Source of the DNA: a virus
IMG/VR virus record: IMGVR_UViG_3300022213_000004
Length of the DNA: 64,000 bases
Strand: one strand, 5' to 3'
Under the pieces are notes generated by a model. The model was not told where the DNA came from. It saw only the letters and a list, made by a program, of their open reading frames with translations, and did no database searches. The translations under genes and the position numbers were made by a program. Shown piece by piece: positions 34,501-45,600 of the stretch (position 1 is its first letter; each line of letters begins with the position of its first letter).

Positions 34501-37500
34501 TACCCATCATTTAAGTTTGAATTGTATGTAGATGAACAATTTAGAAAAGTTTTTGACTCCGATCAAAGAGATAGTAGTTTTAATGTGCAAAGAAATGGAG
34601 TAGTTGGAACTCCTGGATCTGCGCTAACTTTAAAAATTGATGAATTTACGCCAAATATTTTATACTATGATTTAGTTCCATTAGATTCTAATGGTCTCTT
34701 CTTACCCGAAGCACAGAAAGAAATTGTAAAAGATGAAATTGTAAATTCTTACAATCAACTCAGAATAAGAAATAGCGTTTATAATGGCACTTATAAAATA
34801 AGAGTTTCTGATCCAAATTATTTCGAATATTTTCTTCCCACAACTCCAGAAGTCCAATCATATACATCTGAAATTTCTCCTACATCTACATTATCATCGT
34901 ATCTGAAATACACGACAGAATCTTTAACTGCATCAGGTGCAATTTCTAAGATAAAAATTGCAAATAAAGGAACAAATTATTATTCTTTACCAGGAATAAC
35001 TTCAGTAAGTTCTTTAAAGGGTAGCGGGTGTATATTAAATGCAGAAACTAATACAATTGGAAAAATTAAAAAAATAAAAATAGTAGATGGTGGATTTGAT
35101 TTCACCTCAGATAAAACTTTAAGACCATATGCAGAATTTCCAGAGAATATAAAAATTGATAATTTATTTTCCATTGACAATATTGGAATATCTTCCCAAG
35201 GAAGAGGATACACAACTGCACCGAAACTTCTAGTTTTGGATGGAAGAACTAAAAAAGTAATACCATCTGATTTGAGTTATAAACTTGGAGATAATAAAGT
35301 AACGATTAAAATCAATGCCAAAGGATTAACTGATTCTATCCCAACAATAATCCCAACACAAAATTCAAATGGTATAGGAATAACGGACATAACATATAAT
35401 CCAACTACTAAAGAAGCAAAAGTTTATTTGCCATTTTCTTTCAGCGATATTGGAAACTTCGATGCCAATACATATCCAATTAGAGTCGGTGATAAAGTTT
35501 TAATTGAAAATATTAGTGTGGGTGTAAATTCTACATCTAAGGGATTTAATTCTTCAAATTATGAATATTCTTTATTCGCAATAAAAAGTATAGACTTAAA
35601 TATTGGTGGTGTTAGCGCGGTAACTTATAGTTTGGATGGATATCTCTCAGATTCTGAATCTCCAGGCATATATGACCCAATCAATTCTTCGGGAAGAATA
35701 GTTCCAGAGAGAAATTTTCCTACATTTGTACCAACAATTAAACAAGATGAATATAAAAAAGGAGAAACCGTAAGATCTAACGGTTCTCTTGGAGTTGTTG
35801 AAAACTGGGATCCAATTACCAAATATTTAAAAATATCATCAAAAAGCGACTTTAAAATTGGTAGCATTATAGAAGGATTGTCTTCAAAAACAATAGGAAC
35901 TGCATCATCAATAGTCGATTTTAATTCTCATGCAAAAACTGATTTTTCAATTAAAGTACTTGGTGGATGGGAGTCTAATGCTGGATTTTTAAATGATAAT
36001 GCACAGAGAATTCAAGATAGTTTGTACTATCAGAATTTTTCATATTCATTAAAATCAAGAGTTGACTATGATACTTGGAATGATGCTGTCAGTGCTTTAA
36101 ATCATACTGTCGGATTTAAAAAATACTCAGATTTTCAAATGGAGTCCAAACTAGATAATGATTTTAGTAATTTGTTTGTGGGTCTTTCTACAGATACAAC
36201 TGCCACTGATGTTAAAGTAGAACTGATTAGTTATGGCGATTTAAATTGTGTGACGGATTTTGATTTGGGAAGAGAAAATTATTTGAATCTAAATTCAAAA
36301 ATTGCAAGTAATAAAATATATTTTGATAACATACCTCTTACTGATTATTATGAGGCGAGAGGAAATAGGGTTTTACTAATAGATGATATTAGTCCATATT
36401 TTAATAGTGGAGAAAGACCAGAAAAATACTCCAATGTTTACAAGTTTAATATTAACACAACTAGATCTTTAAAGTTTCTTTCATATATTAGAGATAAACA
36501 ATTTACTGGACAAAGGCAAGTAATGTTGACATCTCTTATTCATAACGATTCATACGGTGCCATAAACCAATATGGAAGGATTGAAACTGCATATGATTTG
36601 GGTTCTTTTGATTTTATAGTTGATCAACCATTTGGAATTGTTCGTTTTTATCCTACAAGGTATACTATTAATAATTATGATGTTGCTTTATTATCATACA
36701 ATTTAGACGATGCTTTTACTGGAGTTGGAACAACAACAATTGGTTCAATTGTTAAAGTAGATACAAGTAATATATCTTCAACTGCCTCTACAATAAATGT
36801 TGTTAGTTTGGCAACTTCATACACTTCGGCTAAAATTTTAGTACAGATATACAGAGACAGTTTAAATTATCAATTTAATGAGCTAAATGTAGTTCACACA
36901 GGAACTAATGCATCTATTGATTTTATTGAATATGGAGAATTATCAACAAAGACAAGGACTACAGAGTCATCTGGTTATGGCACATATTACCCATACATTT
37001 CTGGTGGAAATCTAAAAATAGACTTTATACCAAATGTTTCTGTTGGAAATACTTTCTATATAAACACTGCAAATGTTGCTCTTGGTGATACAAATTCATC
37101 AGGAATTGGGACAATTGAACTAGAATATGGAGAAATAAGAGCAAATAGTGTTTCTATACCAAGCTCTCCAACACCGACTGCATCAACCATTTTGAGTTTT
37201 ACTGGGGAGCATGATTGTGCATATTGTTTAGTTCAAGTTTCTGACATTACAAATAATCGCTGTTCCTTTTCCGAAGTTATTTTGATAGTTGATGATGTAA
37301 CTTCAGAACCTTTAATAACAGAATATGGCAATGTTCAGACTTTTGCTGGTCTTGGTACAATTGGCGCATCAGTAACTGGAATTGGATCGACAACTCAACT
37401 GTTATTTACTCCGTTACCTAATATTCAAGTTCAGGTAAAAGTATATGCAAATTTACTTGGTCTTGAAGGTAGCGATATAAAATCATATCAATTAAGTAAC

Positions 37501-40500
37501 CTAAATGTGAGTTCTCAATATGGTTCTTATAGTGGTACTGAGGTTGACCAAGTAAGAACATTCAATTTAACTCACAAAGGATATCCTCTTTTTGAAAGAT
37601 ATTTTTCAGCATCCGATTCTTCGATTGTAGATTTATCAAGAAATACCATAAAAATTCCATCTCATTTTTATTCAACTGGAGAAAAAATAACATATGATGC
37701 CAACTTTGGAAATCCAATAGGAATAGCGACAACTACTATTGCAGGAATAGGTTCTACAACCATACTTCCAAGCACATTATATGTTGTAAATTTAAACAAC
37801 AATAAAATTAGAGTTGCAGCTTCTGCTTCTGAAGCATTAAGACCAATCCCCAACGTATTAAATCTAACTTCACTTGGTAGTGGAACACAGCATAAATTTT
37901 TATCTCAGAATAAAAATTCTAGATTGGTAGTTGCTATTGATAATATTATTCAATCACCAATAGTGGCCACAGGATTAACTGCATCGTTGACATCTCCAGT
38001 ATTTTTAACTGATGAAAGTATTGAATTGGACAATTCAACATCTTTCTATGGTGGAGATTTAATAAAAATTAATGATGAGGTAATGCGAATCACTTCTATT
38101 CAAAAAAATAATGTAGTTAATGTAAGAAGATCTTGGATGGGAACGGATATTGCAAATCATTCTGGAGGTTCATTAGTCAATACTGTAGTTGGTTCTTATA
38201 ATATTGTTAATAATAATATTAGTTTTGCTGAAGCACCATACGGAAATGTTCCACAGACATACACAACAAGTCCTCCGGACGAACAAGACTGGGTTGGAAT
38301 ATCAACTGGTTCTAGTTTTTCCGGTAGATGTTTTATGAGGTCTGGAATACAAGATTCTTTAAATGACACTTATTCCAAAAATTACATTTTTGATGATATA
38401 GCAACAGGATTTAATGGAATAACTTCTACTTTTACACTAAAATCTTCACAATCAAATATTACAGGAATTTCTGAAGAAGGTGCCTTGATATTGATTAATG
38501 ATATAGTTCAAGCAAGAGGTTTATCCAGTGATTTAGAAAATGAAAGAAAAGGTATAAATTTCATTCTTTCAGAATCAAGTGGAATAACGTCTGCAACTTT
38601 CATCGGTTCAGCAACTTCAGTTTCTTATGATATAAATTCATCTGGATTGCCTAAGGGTGGTATTATAGTTTCTGTTGGGTCTACTGAAGGTCTTGGATAT
38701 CAACCTTTAGTTTCTGCCGGCGGTACTGCTATTGTTTCTTTAGCAGGAACAATTCAATCAATTTCTATAGGAAATACTGGTTCTGGATATAGAGCGAGTG
38801 CTTATTATGATATTCCTACAAACATTTCATCGGTTGTTGGAGTAGGTTCGACTGAAATTTTTATTGAAAATAAAAATAGCGTTTTTGGACTTCTAAATTT
38901 ACTTAATACAGGTTCAAATTGTTCTATTGGAGTTGGAACATTTATTTTTTCAACAAATATAGTGTCAGTTGGATCATCTTTTGTAAGGATTGGTTTCGGG
39001 AGCACTAGTTCCAATCAGATATCAGTTGGAACTCCAGTAAACATTAAGATTTCAAACCCACAAGTTGGAATAGTAAATGTGGGAATTTCTAGCACTTCCG
39101 CAGAAAATTCTACAAAAACTTATGTTGGATTTGCCACAATCATAAAAGGAAAAATTTCAGAATCTGTTACAATAACAAAAGTTGCTTCTGGATATACTTC
39201 ATCAAATCCACCTCAGGTTATAATTGACGATCCTTTATCATACTCAGATGTTCCTTTGATTTATAGTTCATCTTCAATTTCTGGAGTGGGAACAGCAGCT
39301 ACTATTGACATAGTTGTTGGACAAGGATCTAGCGTTATTGATTTTGAGATAAAGAACACTGGTTATAATTATAGAGCAGGTCAGACACTAACCGTTCCTA
39401 TTGGAGGACTAACTGGTATTCCAACAACGTCTTCATTCAAAGAGTTTCAAATATCGATACAAGAAGTTTTTAATGATAAATTTACAGGTTGGGCTTTTGG
39501 TGAACTTCAAATACTTGATGATATTTCAGACTTATTTGATGGCGAAAGAGTCGCATTCCCCCTCAAATATTTTGGAGAATTGATTTCAATTAGATCCGCT
39601 AGAGGATCTAACATTAATCCACAGGAATTATTGTTGGTCTTTATAAACGATGTTTTACAAGAACCAGGAAAAGGTTATACTTTTAGGGGAGGTAGCAACA
39701 TATTCTTCACAGAACCACCAAAACCACCAGTTCTTGAAATTCCAAATACTGGAGATTCTTGCAAAATACTATTCTATAAAGGCACTGCCTCCGTTGATGT
39801 CGTTTATAAAAATATAATAGAAACTGTCAAACCAGGAGATGGATTAACACTTGGATTTGATTCAACATTAAATCAATCTTACGGTCTTCAGGAAGATGAA
39901 AGAATTGTTGATGCAATTTTATCTTCAGATTTAGCATCAACAAATCCATACTATGGACCAGGAAACACTAAAGACGAAACATTAACAAGACCAATCACTT
40001 GGTGTAGACAAACTGAAGATAAAATTATTTATGAGCAAGAGGTTTCTAAAGATAGGATGTTATATGAACCAGTTATTAATCCATCGGCATATCTTATAAA
40101 ATCCGTTGGAATAGGTTCTACGATAGTTTTCGTTGACAATTTAAAACCAATCTTCAACCAGGTTAATGAAAATAAGTCACTAATTCCATCATTCCAAGAT
40201 GAATTTTTAAGTTTCCAAAAACAAATTACATTCATTCCACAAGAAACAAAAAGAGATGCATTTGCTACTGCTATTGTTTCTGTAGCAGGAACAATAAGTT
40301 CTATAGCAATTTCTACGGGAGGATTTGGATATCTTTCAGTTCCTGATGTAGTAATTCAAAATCCAATTGGATTTGGAACTACATGTAGAGCAGAAGCAAC
40401 TGCTTCTATTTCTTCCGGAATTGTTACATCAATAACAATAACAGGTCCAGGAACAGAATATTCCCAGGAGAATCCACCCGTTGTTTTAATTTCTCCACCA

Positions 40501-41085
40501 TCATTTGAGTCAGAAACCAATAATGTTGTTCAATATGAAGGAGATTTTGGAATTATTTCAGGAATTTCGACAACTTCTGTTGGAGTTGCTTCAACTGGCA
40601 TTATTTTTGATTTCGCCATAGAAAAAGATTCTATTCTTAGAGTTGTTGGTATTGCATCAACTTCAATAACTGGGGTAACTACAATTAGTGGAATACAAAC
40701 CGGATATTATTTTGCGGTGTATAATTCCAGAGTTGGTAACGGCGTAACTTCTCTAGATGAAAATCTACAAGTTATTGGTATAGGAACTACTGGATTAGAT
40801 AACATTTATAGAGTTGCAAGTGTTTCTTTAGCACAAACTGCAGTTCCTGGTCTTGGAGTAACTTATGTTGCTAGAGTTACTGTTAGTGTATCTGGATATA
40901 ATGGATTAAGTGGCATAGGATACAGTTCTTTATTCGCTGAATATAGTTGGGGGAAAATTACCTTAAAAACTAGAACAAAAGATAATGAGTACAACTCTTA
41001 TACAAAATCTGGTTTTTCTGGAATATCAACTGGAACTATGATAATGAGAACTAATCCTCTCAAATATTATAATTATGGTATATGA
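28597..41085 (+). CDS. gp7: Giant baseplate wedge initiator (gp7-like) with YHYH-like domain and GxGY beta repeats
   Basis: Lies between gp6 and gp8; IKDFYRSKGT..F.ILFR.LYG; IQDS.YYQNFSYSLKS; HSPIIGWSYDGHPIYGPYG. Confidence 0.8.
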   Translation: MLEKRIQIKDIVSNQLPQYVKEDYPLVAEFLKQYYLSQEFPGGPADLIQNIDRYVKVDNTTELTDFVLLQSDISSIEENISVDFLNFEQNQIDFPNNYGLISIDDELILYENKTQTGFENCHRGFSGIISHKNVNVGIASTYRLRPSDELIFKKSDSSSHKSGAKIYNLSSLFLKEFLLKLKYQLTPGFENRSFVERANEATIIKQIKDFYRSKGTDQSFEILFRSLYGEDVEVLRPKNFLFRPSDAQYKITNDFIIEKISGPIEKIRNLTLFQNEYLNITKAYGTITEPLEEIVTSDGKIFYKLKIDGGYNRDLIYDGAIYGGFSVHPKTRVIGNYNTQSTTIDVDSTVGFPNKGEFLVNYEDGTQGVVSYNSKSLTQFIGCSDITKNILDNSTIGVNTYAYANTEDGEEIRVRIVSTLNDVEIPNDNILFSEGDTIRIKTLGFEDGDARSNEWIFNLPIVYDVESYNIIDDFDNTYSLTLKDNHNLKVGDTLQIIDNLGNKKQSTIIDVTSDKTIVISGQGFLPQGLYTVKRNILKGNSSKYSYIGETSTDIQNVYTNKNNDLLISSPSIPYYPNTELNSNNRSVYFSGSYIAGSTIFKLTSTIDHGFYTGDCVYYTPEKETIQSRDIDGSINNFEIISSSLFDEGIYFIKRIDKNNIKLSKSKSDILYEKYVSPENDIVINNNKIEPIQFSGKTIKSQKLLRKISTPIASEKLEPTSHGFTGILINGTEILNYKSKDKIFFGPLEKIDVISGGSDYDIINPPTLIISDSVGSGATGHCSVSGSLKEIRILNPGFDYLEDPIVKITGGNGIGAVAKCNTKLITHKSTFNSEKSSGLVGIGSTISTIGFSTYHKFKNGEEVIYKTNSHTAVGGLSTDSKYYVSTVSTTKIKLHKTLGDSISGINTITLTNHGIGNHDFESVNRKRILSSISVENTGSGYQNKKRTVSYSGINIASDIITIENHGFLSGEVVKYTTTGTVIGGLVQNKNYYVLKIDDNQFKLCEIGTGSYVQDYFYNTSQFVNLTSKNSDIHVFNYPDIEVEIIGNVGLSSQYKAQIDPIFRGEITSFHLESKGSSYGLEEVFNIERQPSLNILSGSGSEFDVVVSGGRIQKVLINSVGQNYTCSPDLIVVGDGNGAVLTPVVLNNQIVDVKIIEPGAGYSPNNTRIIVFHPGSGAKFASKIKTWTVNLFAKYLNTFTEDDGFLSSGLNDQYEIQYCHLYAPRKLRQILYSRDQSGKILFSNPDLKFSRNKEIKSTDHSPIIGWSYDGHPIYGPYGYSKKSGGVVSQIKSGYNLFIDQTRPSAKYFQPGFFVEDFKYQKSNDESVLDENNGRFCITPEFPNGTYAYFATFEESSVDSSGPFKRYYRPKFPYLIGNFFNSKPNDFNFKKKSNQDDIDLNKTDWIRNTYAYNITKTNSRYEYITLPNNLNQSIDIDGVSPGSIDSIGISSGGNNYKVNDKLIFNNIDSEGNPRTLGSSASAVVSELVGKFISTVSTASTHFYSVPIYPSNKKGEYVLYNNFPHNINTYDLVKISGLNTTSNIVAGNYIVGVATNRLVLVGLGTTTVGIASANVTGIVTYISVRGNLDFLSIRENDIYSIDSEKVKILNVDRKSSRLRILRQIEGTPGLSHSITTLLYEDPRKLFVKVSKENDITNYSSYLENKQIYFNPKESLGIGTNGNVGIGTTIYFSNPGAGATQVFIPLRTIYLPEHGLNTGDLLTYEVNNGSPIVVSSTGIGTTSLSNNSSLYVAKINENLIGISTVQVGLGSTGFFSGITTSTKNIGLLFFTGIGTGTYHSFKTNYPEIKCDLSKHVVTVSTAQTHGLTTDDVVNVMVSASSTTVIVKYNNFNRRIVVNPRDFTGANISTANSTITILNHGYINGQRVIYTSDSPSGGLVSNQMYYVVSINKDIIKLSNSYYDSTIERPSTINITSSSDGTISPINPPIDLYKNSTVTFDLSDSSLSYVNALKTYPSFKFELYVDEQFRKVFDSDQRDSSFNVQRNGVVGTPGSALTLKIDEFTPNILYYDLVPLDSNGLFLPEAQKEIVKDEIVNSYNQLRIRNSVYNGTYKIRVSDPNYFEYFLPTTPEVQSYTSEISPTSTLSSYLKYTTESLTASGAISKIKIANKGTNYYSLPGITSVSSLKGSGCILNAETNTIGKIKKIKIVDGGFDFTSDKTLRPYAEFPENIKIDNLFSIDNIGISSQGRGYTTAPKLLVLDGRTKKVIPSDLSYKLGDNKVTIKINAKGLTDSIPTIIPTQNSNGIGITDITYNPTTKEAKVYLPFSFSDIGNFDANTYPIRVGDKVLIENISVGVNSTSKGFNSSNYEYSLFAIKSIDLNIGGVSAVTYSLDGYLSDSESPGIYDPINSSGRIVPERNFPTFVPTIKQDEYKKGETVRSNGSLGVVENWDPITKYLKISSKSDFKIGSIIEGLSSKTIGTASSIVDFNSHAKTDFSIKVLGGWESNAGFLNDNAQRIQDSLYYQNFSYSLKSRVDYDTWNDAVSALNHTVGFKKYSDFQMESKLDNDFSNLFVGLSTDTTATDVKVELISYGDLNCVTDFDLGRENYLNLNSKIASNKIYFDNIPLTDYYEARGNRVLLIDDISPYFNSGERPEKYSNVYKFNINTTRSLKFLSYIRDKQFTGQRQVMLTSLIHNDSYGAINQYGRIETAYDLGSFDFIVDQPFGIVRFYPTRYTINNYDVALLSYNLDDAFTGVGTTTIGSIVKVDTSNISSTASTINVVSLATSYTSAKILVQIYRDSLNYQFNELNVVHTGTNASIDFIEYGELSTKTRTTESSGYGTYYPYISGGNLKIDFIPNVSVGNTFYINTANVALGDTNSSGIGTIELEYGEIRANSVSIPSSPTPTASTILSFTGEHDCAYCLVQVSDITNNRCSFSEVILIVDDVTSEPLITEYGNVQTFAGLGTIGASVTGIGSTTQLLFTPLPNIQVQVKVYANLLGLEGSDIKSYQLSNLNVSSQYGSYSGTEVDQVRTFNLTHKGYPLFERYFSASDSSIVDLSRNTIKIPSHFYSTGEKITYDANFGNPIGIATTTIAGIGSTTILPSTLYVVNLNNNKIRVAASASEALRPIPNVLNLTSLGSGTQHKFLSQNKNSRLVVAIDNIIQSPIVATGLTASLTSPVFLTDESIELDNSTSFYGGDLIKINDEVMRITSIQKNNVVNVRRSWMGTDIANHSGGSLVNTVVGSYNIVNNNISFAEAPYGNVPQTYTTSPPDEQDWVGISTGSSFSGRCFMRSGIQDSLNDTYSKNYIFDDIATGFNGITSTFTLKSSQSNITGISEEGALILINDIVQARGLSSDLENERKGINFILSESSGITSATFIGSATSVSYDINSSGLPKGGIIVSVGSTEGLGYQPLVSAGGTAIVSLAGTIQSISIGNTGSGYRASAYYDIPTNISSVVGVGSTEIFIENKNSVFGLLNLLNTGSNCSIGVGTFIFSTNIVSVGSSFVRIGFGSTSSNQISVGTPVNIKISNPQVGIVNVGISSTSAENSTKTYVGFATIIKGKISESVTITKVASGYTSSNPPQVIIDDPLSYSDVPLIYSSSSISGVGTAATIDIVVGQGSSVIDFEIKNTGYNYRAGQTLTVPIGGLTGIPTTSSFKEFQISIQEVFNDKFTGWAFGELQILDDISDLFDGERVAFPLKYFGELISIRSARGSNINPQELLLVFINDVLQEPGKGYTFRGGSNIFFTEPPKPPVLEIPNTGDSCKILFYKGTASVDVVYKNIIETVKPGDGLTLGFDSTLNQSYGLQEDERIVDAILSSDLASTNPYYGPGNTKDETLTRPITWCRQTEDKIIYEQEVSKDRMLYEPVINPSAYLIKSVGIGSTIVFVDNLKPIFNQVNENKSLIPSFQDEFLSFQKQITFIPQETKRDAFATAIVSVAGTISSIAISTGGFGYLSVPDVVIQNPIGFGTTCRAEATASISSGIVTSITITGPGTEYSQENPPVVLISPPSFESETNNVVQYEGDFGIISGISTTSVGVASTGIIFDFAIEKDSILRVVGIASTSITGVTTISGIQTGYYFAVYNSRVGNGVTSLDENLQVIGIGTTGLDNIYRVASVSLAQTAVPGLGVTYVARVTVSVSGYNGLSGIGYSSLFAEYSWGKITLKTRTKDNEYNSYTKSGFSGISTGTMIMRTNPLKYYNYGI

Positions 41086-41112
41086 TTAATAAATAAATAA
41101 AAAACCAAAAAA

Positions 41113-42660
41113 ATGGCTGCAATTGTAACTGACCAACTTAGAATATTAAATGCTAAAAATTTTGTAGAAAAAATTTCTTCTGAAAATAATTCATATTATT
41201 CATTTATTGGATTACCCAATCCTTATGATTATCAAACTAACTGGGATGAGTCACCACCTGTACCTAAAGATAATTTTACACAGGAAGATGACTATTGGGA
41301 TACAATGATTGCATTGAAAAAGATAAACTCAGAAGATGTTCGTCAAGTTGTTCCGAAAAGGGTTTGGACTTCCGGAACAACATATGACATGTATAGGCAC
41401 GATTATAGCAGAACAACTATAGCTCCAGTTTCTGGAGCAACAAATTTATATTCATCATCTTATTTTATTATTAATAGTGAGTATAGAGTTTATATTTGTT
41501 TGCAAAATAATTCAAATCCAGATACTCCGGGAGGAGGTCCTTCATTAGATGAACCCCTTTTTACTGATTTGGAACCAAGAGCAGCAGGTGACAGTGGAGA
41601 TGGATATATTTGGAAATATCTTTATACTATAAAACCTGCTGATGTTATAAAGTTTGAAACAACAGATTTTATTCCTGTTCCTAAAAATTGGGCAACATCT
41701 GCAGATTCTTCATTAATAAGGAATAATGCGATAGATGGTTCAATAAAAACTATAGTGATTAAAAATAGAGGAAGTGGGTTAGGTGAGGCAAATACATATC
41801 TCAATGTCCCTATTAAAGGAGATGGATCTGGATCAACATGTACTATTGTGGTAGATGAGAACGGCGAAGTGAGCACAGTAACAGTTTCAAATCAAGGTTC
41901 TGGATATACTTTTGGAAATGTTGACTTATCTGGCGGAAATTTCCCCACAGGCGATATAATACCAACCTTTGATGTGATTATTTCACCAAAAGGTGGACAT
42001 GGTTATGACATTTATAGAGAACTTGGTGCTTTTAATGTATTAATGTACTCTAGAATTGAAAATGATAATGAAAACCCGGATTTTATTACGGGAAATCAAA
42101 TTGCTAGAATTGGAATAGTAGAAAATCCAGAGGTAACTACAGGTACTATTTTAACTTTAGACAAAGCTAGTTCCGTTTATGCTATAAGATTGACCGGAAC
42201 TGGTTATAGTAGTTCAAATTTTGCTTACGATTCTTATGTAACACAGACTATATCTACTGGAACAACTGCTGTCGGTAGAGTTATTAGTTATAATTCAACA
42301 ACTGGTGTTTTAAAATATTGGCAAGATAGAAATTTATCCGGATTTAATACAGTAGGAACTGCACAAACTAATCCAACTTATGGATTTAATCTTAATAGAT
42401 TCACAAGTTCACCATCCACTGGAGGAAATTTAGTCATTAACGGAAATAGTGGTGGAACTTTATTTGTTGATACATCTTTTACCGGTATATCAACCACAAT
42501 AAATAATAGAATATATTATCTAGGGCAAACTTTTACAAATGGAATTTCCTCTCCAGAAGTAAAAAAATATTCCGGAAATATCATTTATGTTGATAATAGA
42601 CCGGCAATAACTAGATCATCAAACCAAAAAGAAGATATTAAAGTCATTTTGCAGTTTTAA
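41113..42660 (+). CDS. gp8: Baseplate wedge subunit gp8
   Basis: WTSGTTYDMYRHD, YRVYICL, DGYIWKYLYTI, SGNIIYVDNR..EDIKVILQF. Confidence 0.93.
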   Translation: MAAIVTDQLRILNAKNFVEKISSENNSYYSFIGLPNPYDYQTNWDESPPVPKDNFTQEDDYWDTMIALKKINSEDVRQVVPKRVWTSGTTYDMYRHDYSRTTIAPVSGATNLYSSSYFIINSEYRVYICLQNNSNPDTPGGGPSLDEPLFTDLEPRAAGDSGDGYIWKYLYTIKPADVIKFETTDFIPVPKNWATSADSSLIRNNAIDGSIKTIVIKNRGSGLGEANTYLNVPIKGDGSGSTCTIVVDENGEVSTVTVSNQGSGYTFGNVDLSGGNFPTGDIIPTFDVIISPKGGHGYDIYRELGAFNVLMYSRIENDNENPDFITGNQIARIGIVENPEVTTGTILTLDKASSVYAIRLTGTGYSSSNFAYDSYVTQTISTGTTAVGRVISYNSTTGVLKYWQDRNLSGFNTVGTAQTNPTYGFNLNRFTSSPSTGGNLVINGNSGGTLFVDTSFTGISTTINNRIYYLGQTFTNGISSPEVKKYSGNIIYVDNRPAITRSSNQKEDIKVILQF

Positions 42661-42666
42661 AGAATT

Positions 42667-45600
42667 ATGTCTCAGAAAACTAATCTAAACGTAGCTCCAT
42701 ATTTTGATGACTTTAATCCAAATAATGATTATCATAGGGTTTTATTTAAACCAGGATACCCAGTTCAAGCTAGAGAACTAACCACTCTTCAGTCAATACT
42801 ACAAAATCAAATTGAAAAATTTGGTCAACATTTTTTCAAAGAAGGTGCAAAAGTAATACCAGGAAATACCGGATATACTCAGTTATACTACTGTGTACAA
42901 TTAGAAAATAATTATCTAGGTGTTCCTGTTGCAGCATATGTCGATCAACTTATTGGTGCAAAAATAACCGGACAAACATCCGGTGTTACCGCTGTAGTTG
43001 ACAAAATATTGTTACCCCAGGATTCAGAAAGAGGAAATCTTACATTATACATAAATTATTTAAGTTCTAGTACCCAAAATAATTCTACTCAACAATTTTC
43101 TGATGGAGAGTTATTAACTTCAAATGTTATAATTACATCAGGTCTTTTAGGAAATACTTCTATTGCAGCAGGAGAACCTTTTGCTTCAACAATTTCAACT
43201 AACAGCACTGCTGTTGGATCATCTTTTAATATTTCCGAGGGAGTTTATTTTATAAGAGGGCAGTTTGTTAATGTAAAAACAGAAACTTTAATACTTGATC
43301 AATACACTAATACCCCAAATTATAGAATTGGACTTTTTATTGATGAGCAAATAGTAAATTCAAATACAGATGAAACATTAAACGATAATTCTCAAGGATT
43401 TAATAATTATGCTGCTCCGGGAGCAGATAGATTAAAAATATCAATATATTTGTTCAAAAAATCATTAACTGATTTTGATGATGGTAATTTTGTAGAACTT
43501 GCCACTATTGTTAATGGTTCAATTCGTTCAAAAAAAGATGATGACAAGTATTCATTTATAAAAGACGAGTTTGCAAGAAGAACTTATGCAGAATCGGGTG
43601 ACTATTTAGTTTCTCCATTTGACGTTTCAGTAGAAGAATCTCTGAATAATCAAAAAGGAAATAATGGGGTATTTAATAAAAATCAAATTACTTACGGTGG
43701 AGATACTCCAAGTGAAAGTAAATGCGTTTATAAAATATCTCCAGGAAAAGCATTTATTAGGGGATATGAAGTAGAAACAATTTCTACTTCATTTTTGGAT
43801 GTAAATAAACCAAGAACTACTCGAATTTTAGAAAATCAATCAATTACATATAACACAGGAACAACTCTAAAACTAAACAGAGTTTATGGTTCTACTCCTG
43901 TTGGTTTAGGAAATACTTTTATTTTGAGTTTGAGGGATGAAAGAGTTGGTTCTTCTGGTGCAGTAAGTTCGGGAAAGGAGATAGGTCTTGCTAGGGTTTA
44001 TGATTTTTATCTAGATTCTGGTTCATATAGTACATCAAACTCAAATTTAAACGAGTGGAACATTTCGTTATTTGATGTTCAAACTTTTACAAATATAACT
44101 TTAAATAACCCAGTCACACTCTCAACTCCAACTTTTGTTAAAGGAAATAATAGTGGAGCAACAGCATTTTTGAGGGATAGTGTTGTAGGGACAGCTTTAA
44201 CTCTATATGAGGTAAAAGGTTCTTTTAGTAGATTTGAATCATTTTCGTTTAACGGAATTGATTCTGGGATGATAGGTATTGCAGTTACCTCATATGGAAT
44301 TTCTGATGTAAAATCAATTTACGGTCAAGTAAGTTCTGCATCAACTTTTTCTGCAGATACTATACAATCGAGTGCTTTTAGTGTTGGCATTGCAACAATA
44401 AGTGCAGCATCTAGTGGAGTAAGCACAGTAAGAAGTTCTAACAGTCTTTTTCCTGGGAATATTGTTAAAGTTGGCAATTTAGTTAAGTATTCAGATTTAA
44501 CAAAAACTTCTCCAGTTGTAGCAAAAGTAATTGGAGTAGGAGCGTCAACTATTTCTATAACTGGAGTAACTACAGTAAGTGGAGTAGTAGATGGTTCTTT
44601 ACCAACGTCTGTTTTAAATGTGACTGATTTTACTGTCCTCAAAACAGATTTGGAAAAGTTAACAGATAATACATTATACACTAGTCTCCCAAAAAATAAT
44701 ATATCTAATGTTGATGTTTCAAATACTACTCTCAACATAAGAAAAATATTTACTGTCAATATTTCCAACAACAAACTTTCTACTGTTGTAACTTCTGGCA
44801 CAAACGAAACTTTCTTACCATTTACAGAAAAAAGATATTCTTTAGTTAGATCTGACGGAACAACTGAGGTTTTAACTCCAGATAAATTTGAATTTACTTC
44901 CGGTGGAACAGAATTGCAAATTTATAATCTTGGTTCTAATAATACAAATGCCACCTTAGTAGCAACTTTACAAAAAATAAAACCAAAAGCAAAAGTTAAG
45001 AGAAAGAATAGAGTAAATTCTATAATTATTGAAAATTCAAAATACGAAGGATCTGGAATTGGAGGCACTACTCTAAATGATGGATTAGTATATGGACAAT
45101 ATCCATATGGAACCAGAGTTCAGGATGAAAATATATGCTTAAATGTTGCAGATATTATAGAAATTCACGGAATTTACGAGTCAGAAGACACATCAAATCC
45201 TTCTGCTCCTAAAGCAGTTCTTGCATCTATTACAAGTCAATCCTCCACAACTTCAGAATTAGTAGTTGGGGAAGAAATTTTAGGAACAACTAGTGGCGCT
45301 GTTGCTATTGTTGCAGAAAAACTAACCTCATCACAAATATCATTACTATATAAAAATCAAAATAGATTTAATGAAGGAGAAACAATCACTTTCTCAGAGT
45401 CAAACATTCAGGCGCAAATAGTAACCCTAGATACTCCCAGTTTTGAGATCTCGTTTAATTATAATTTTAATAAAGGTCAAAATGGAAGTTTTTATAATTA
45501 TGGATATTTGATAAGAAAACCAAATATAAGTGAGCCAACTAAAAAGTTAAAAATATATTTTTCTAATGGATATTATGAATCAAGTGATGATGGGGATATT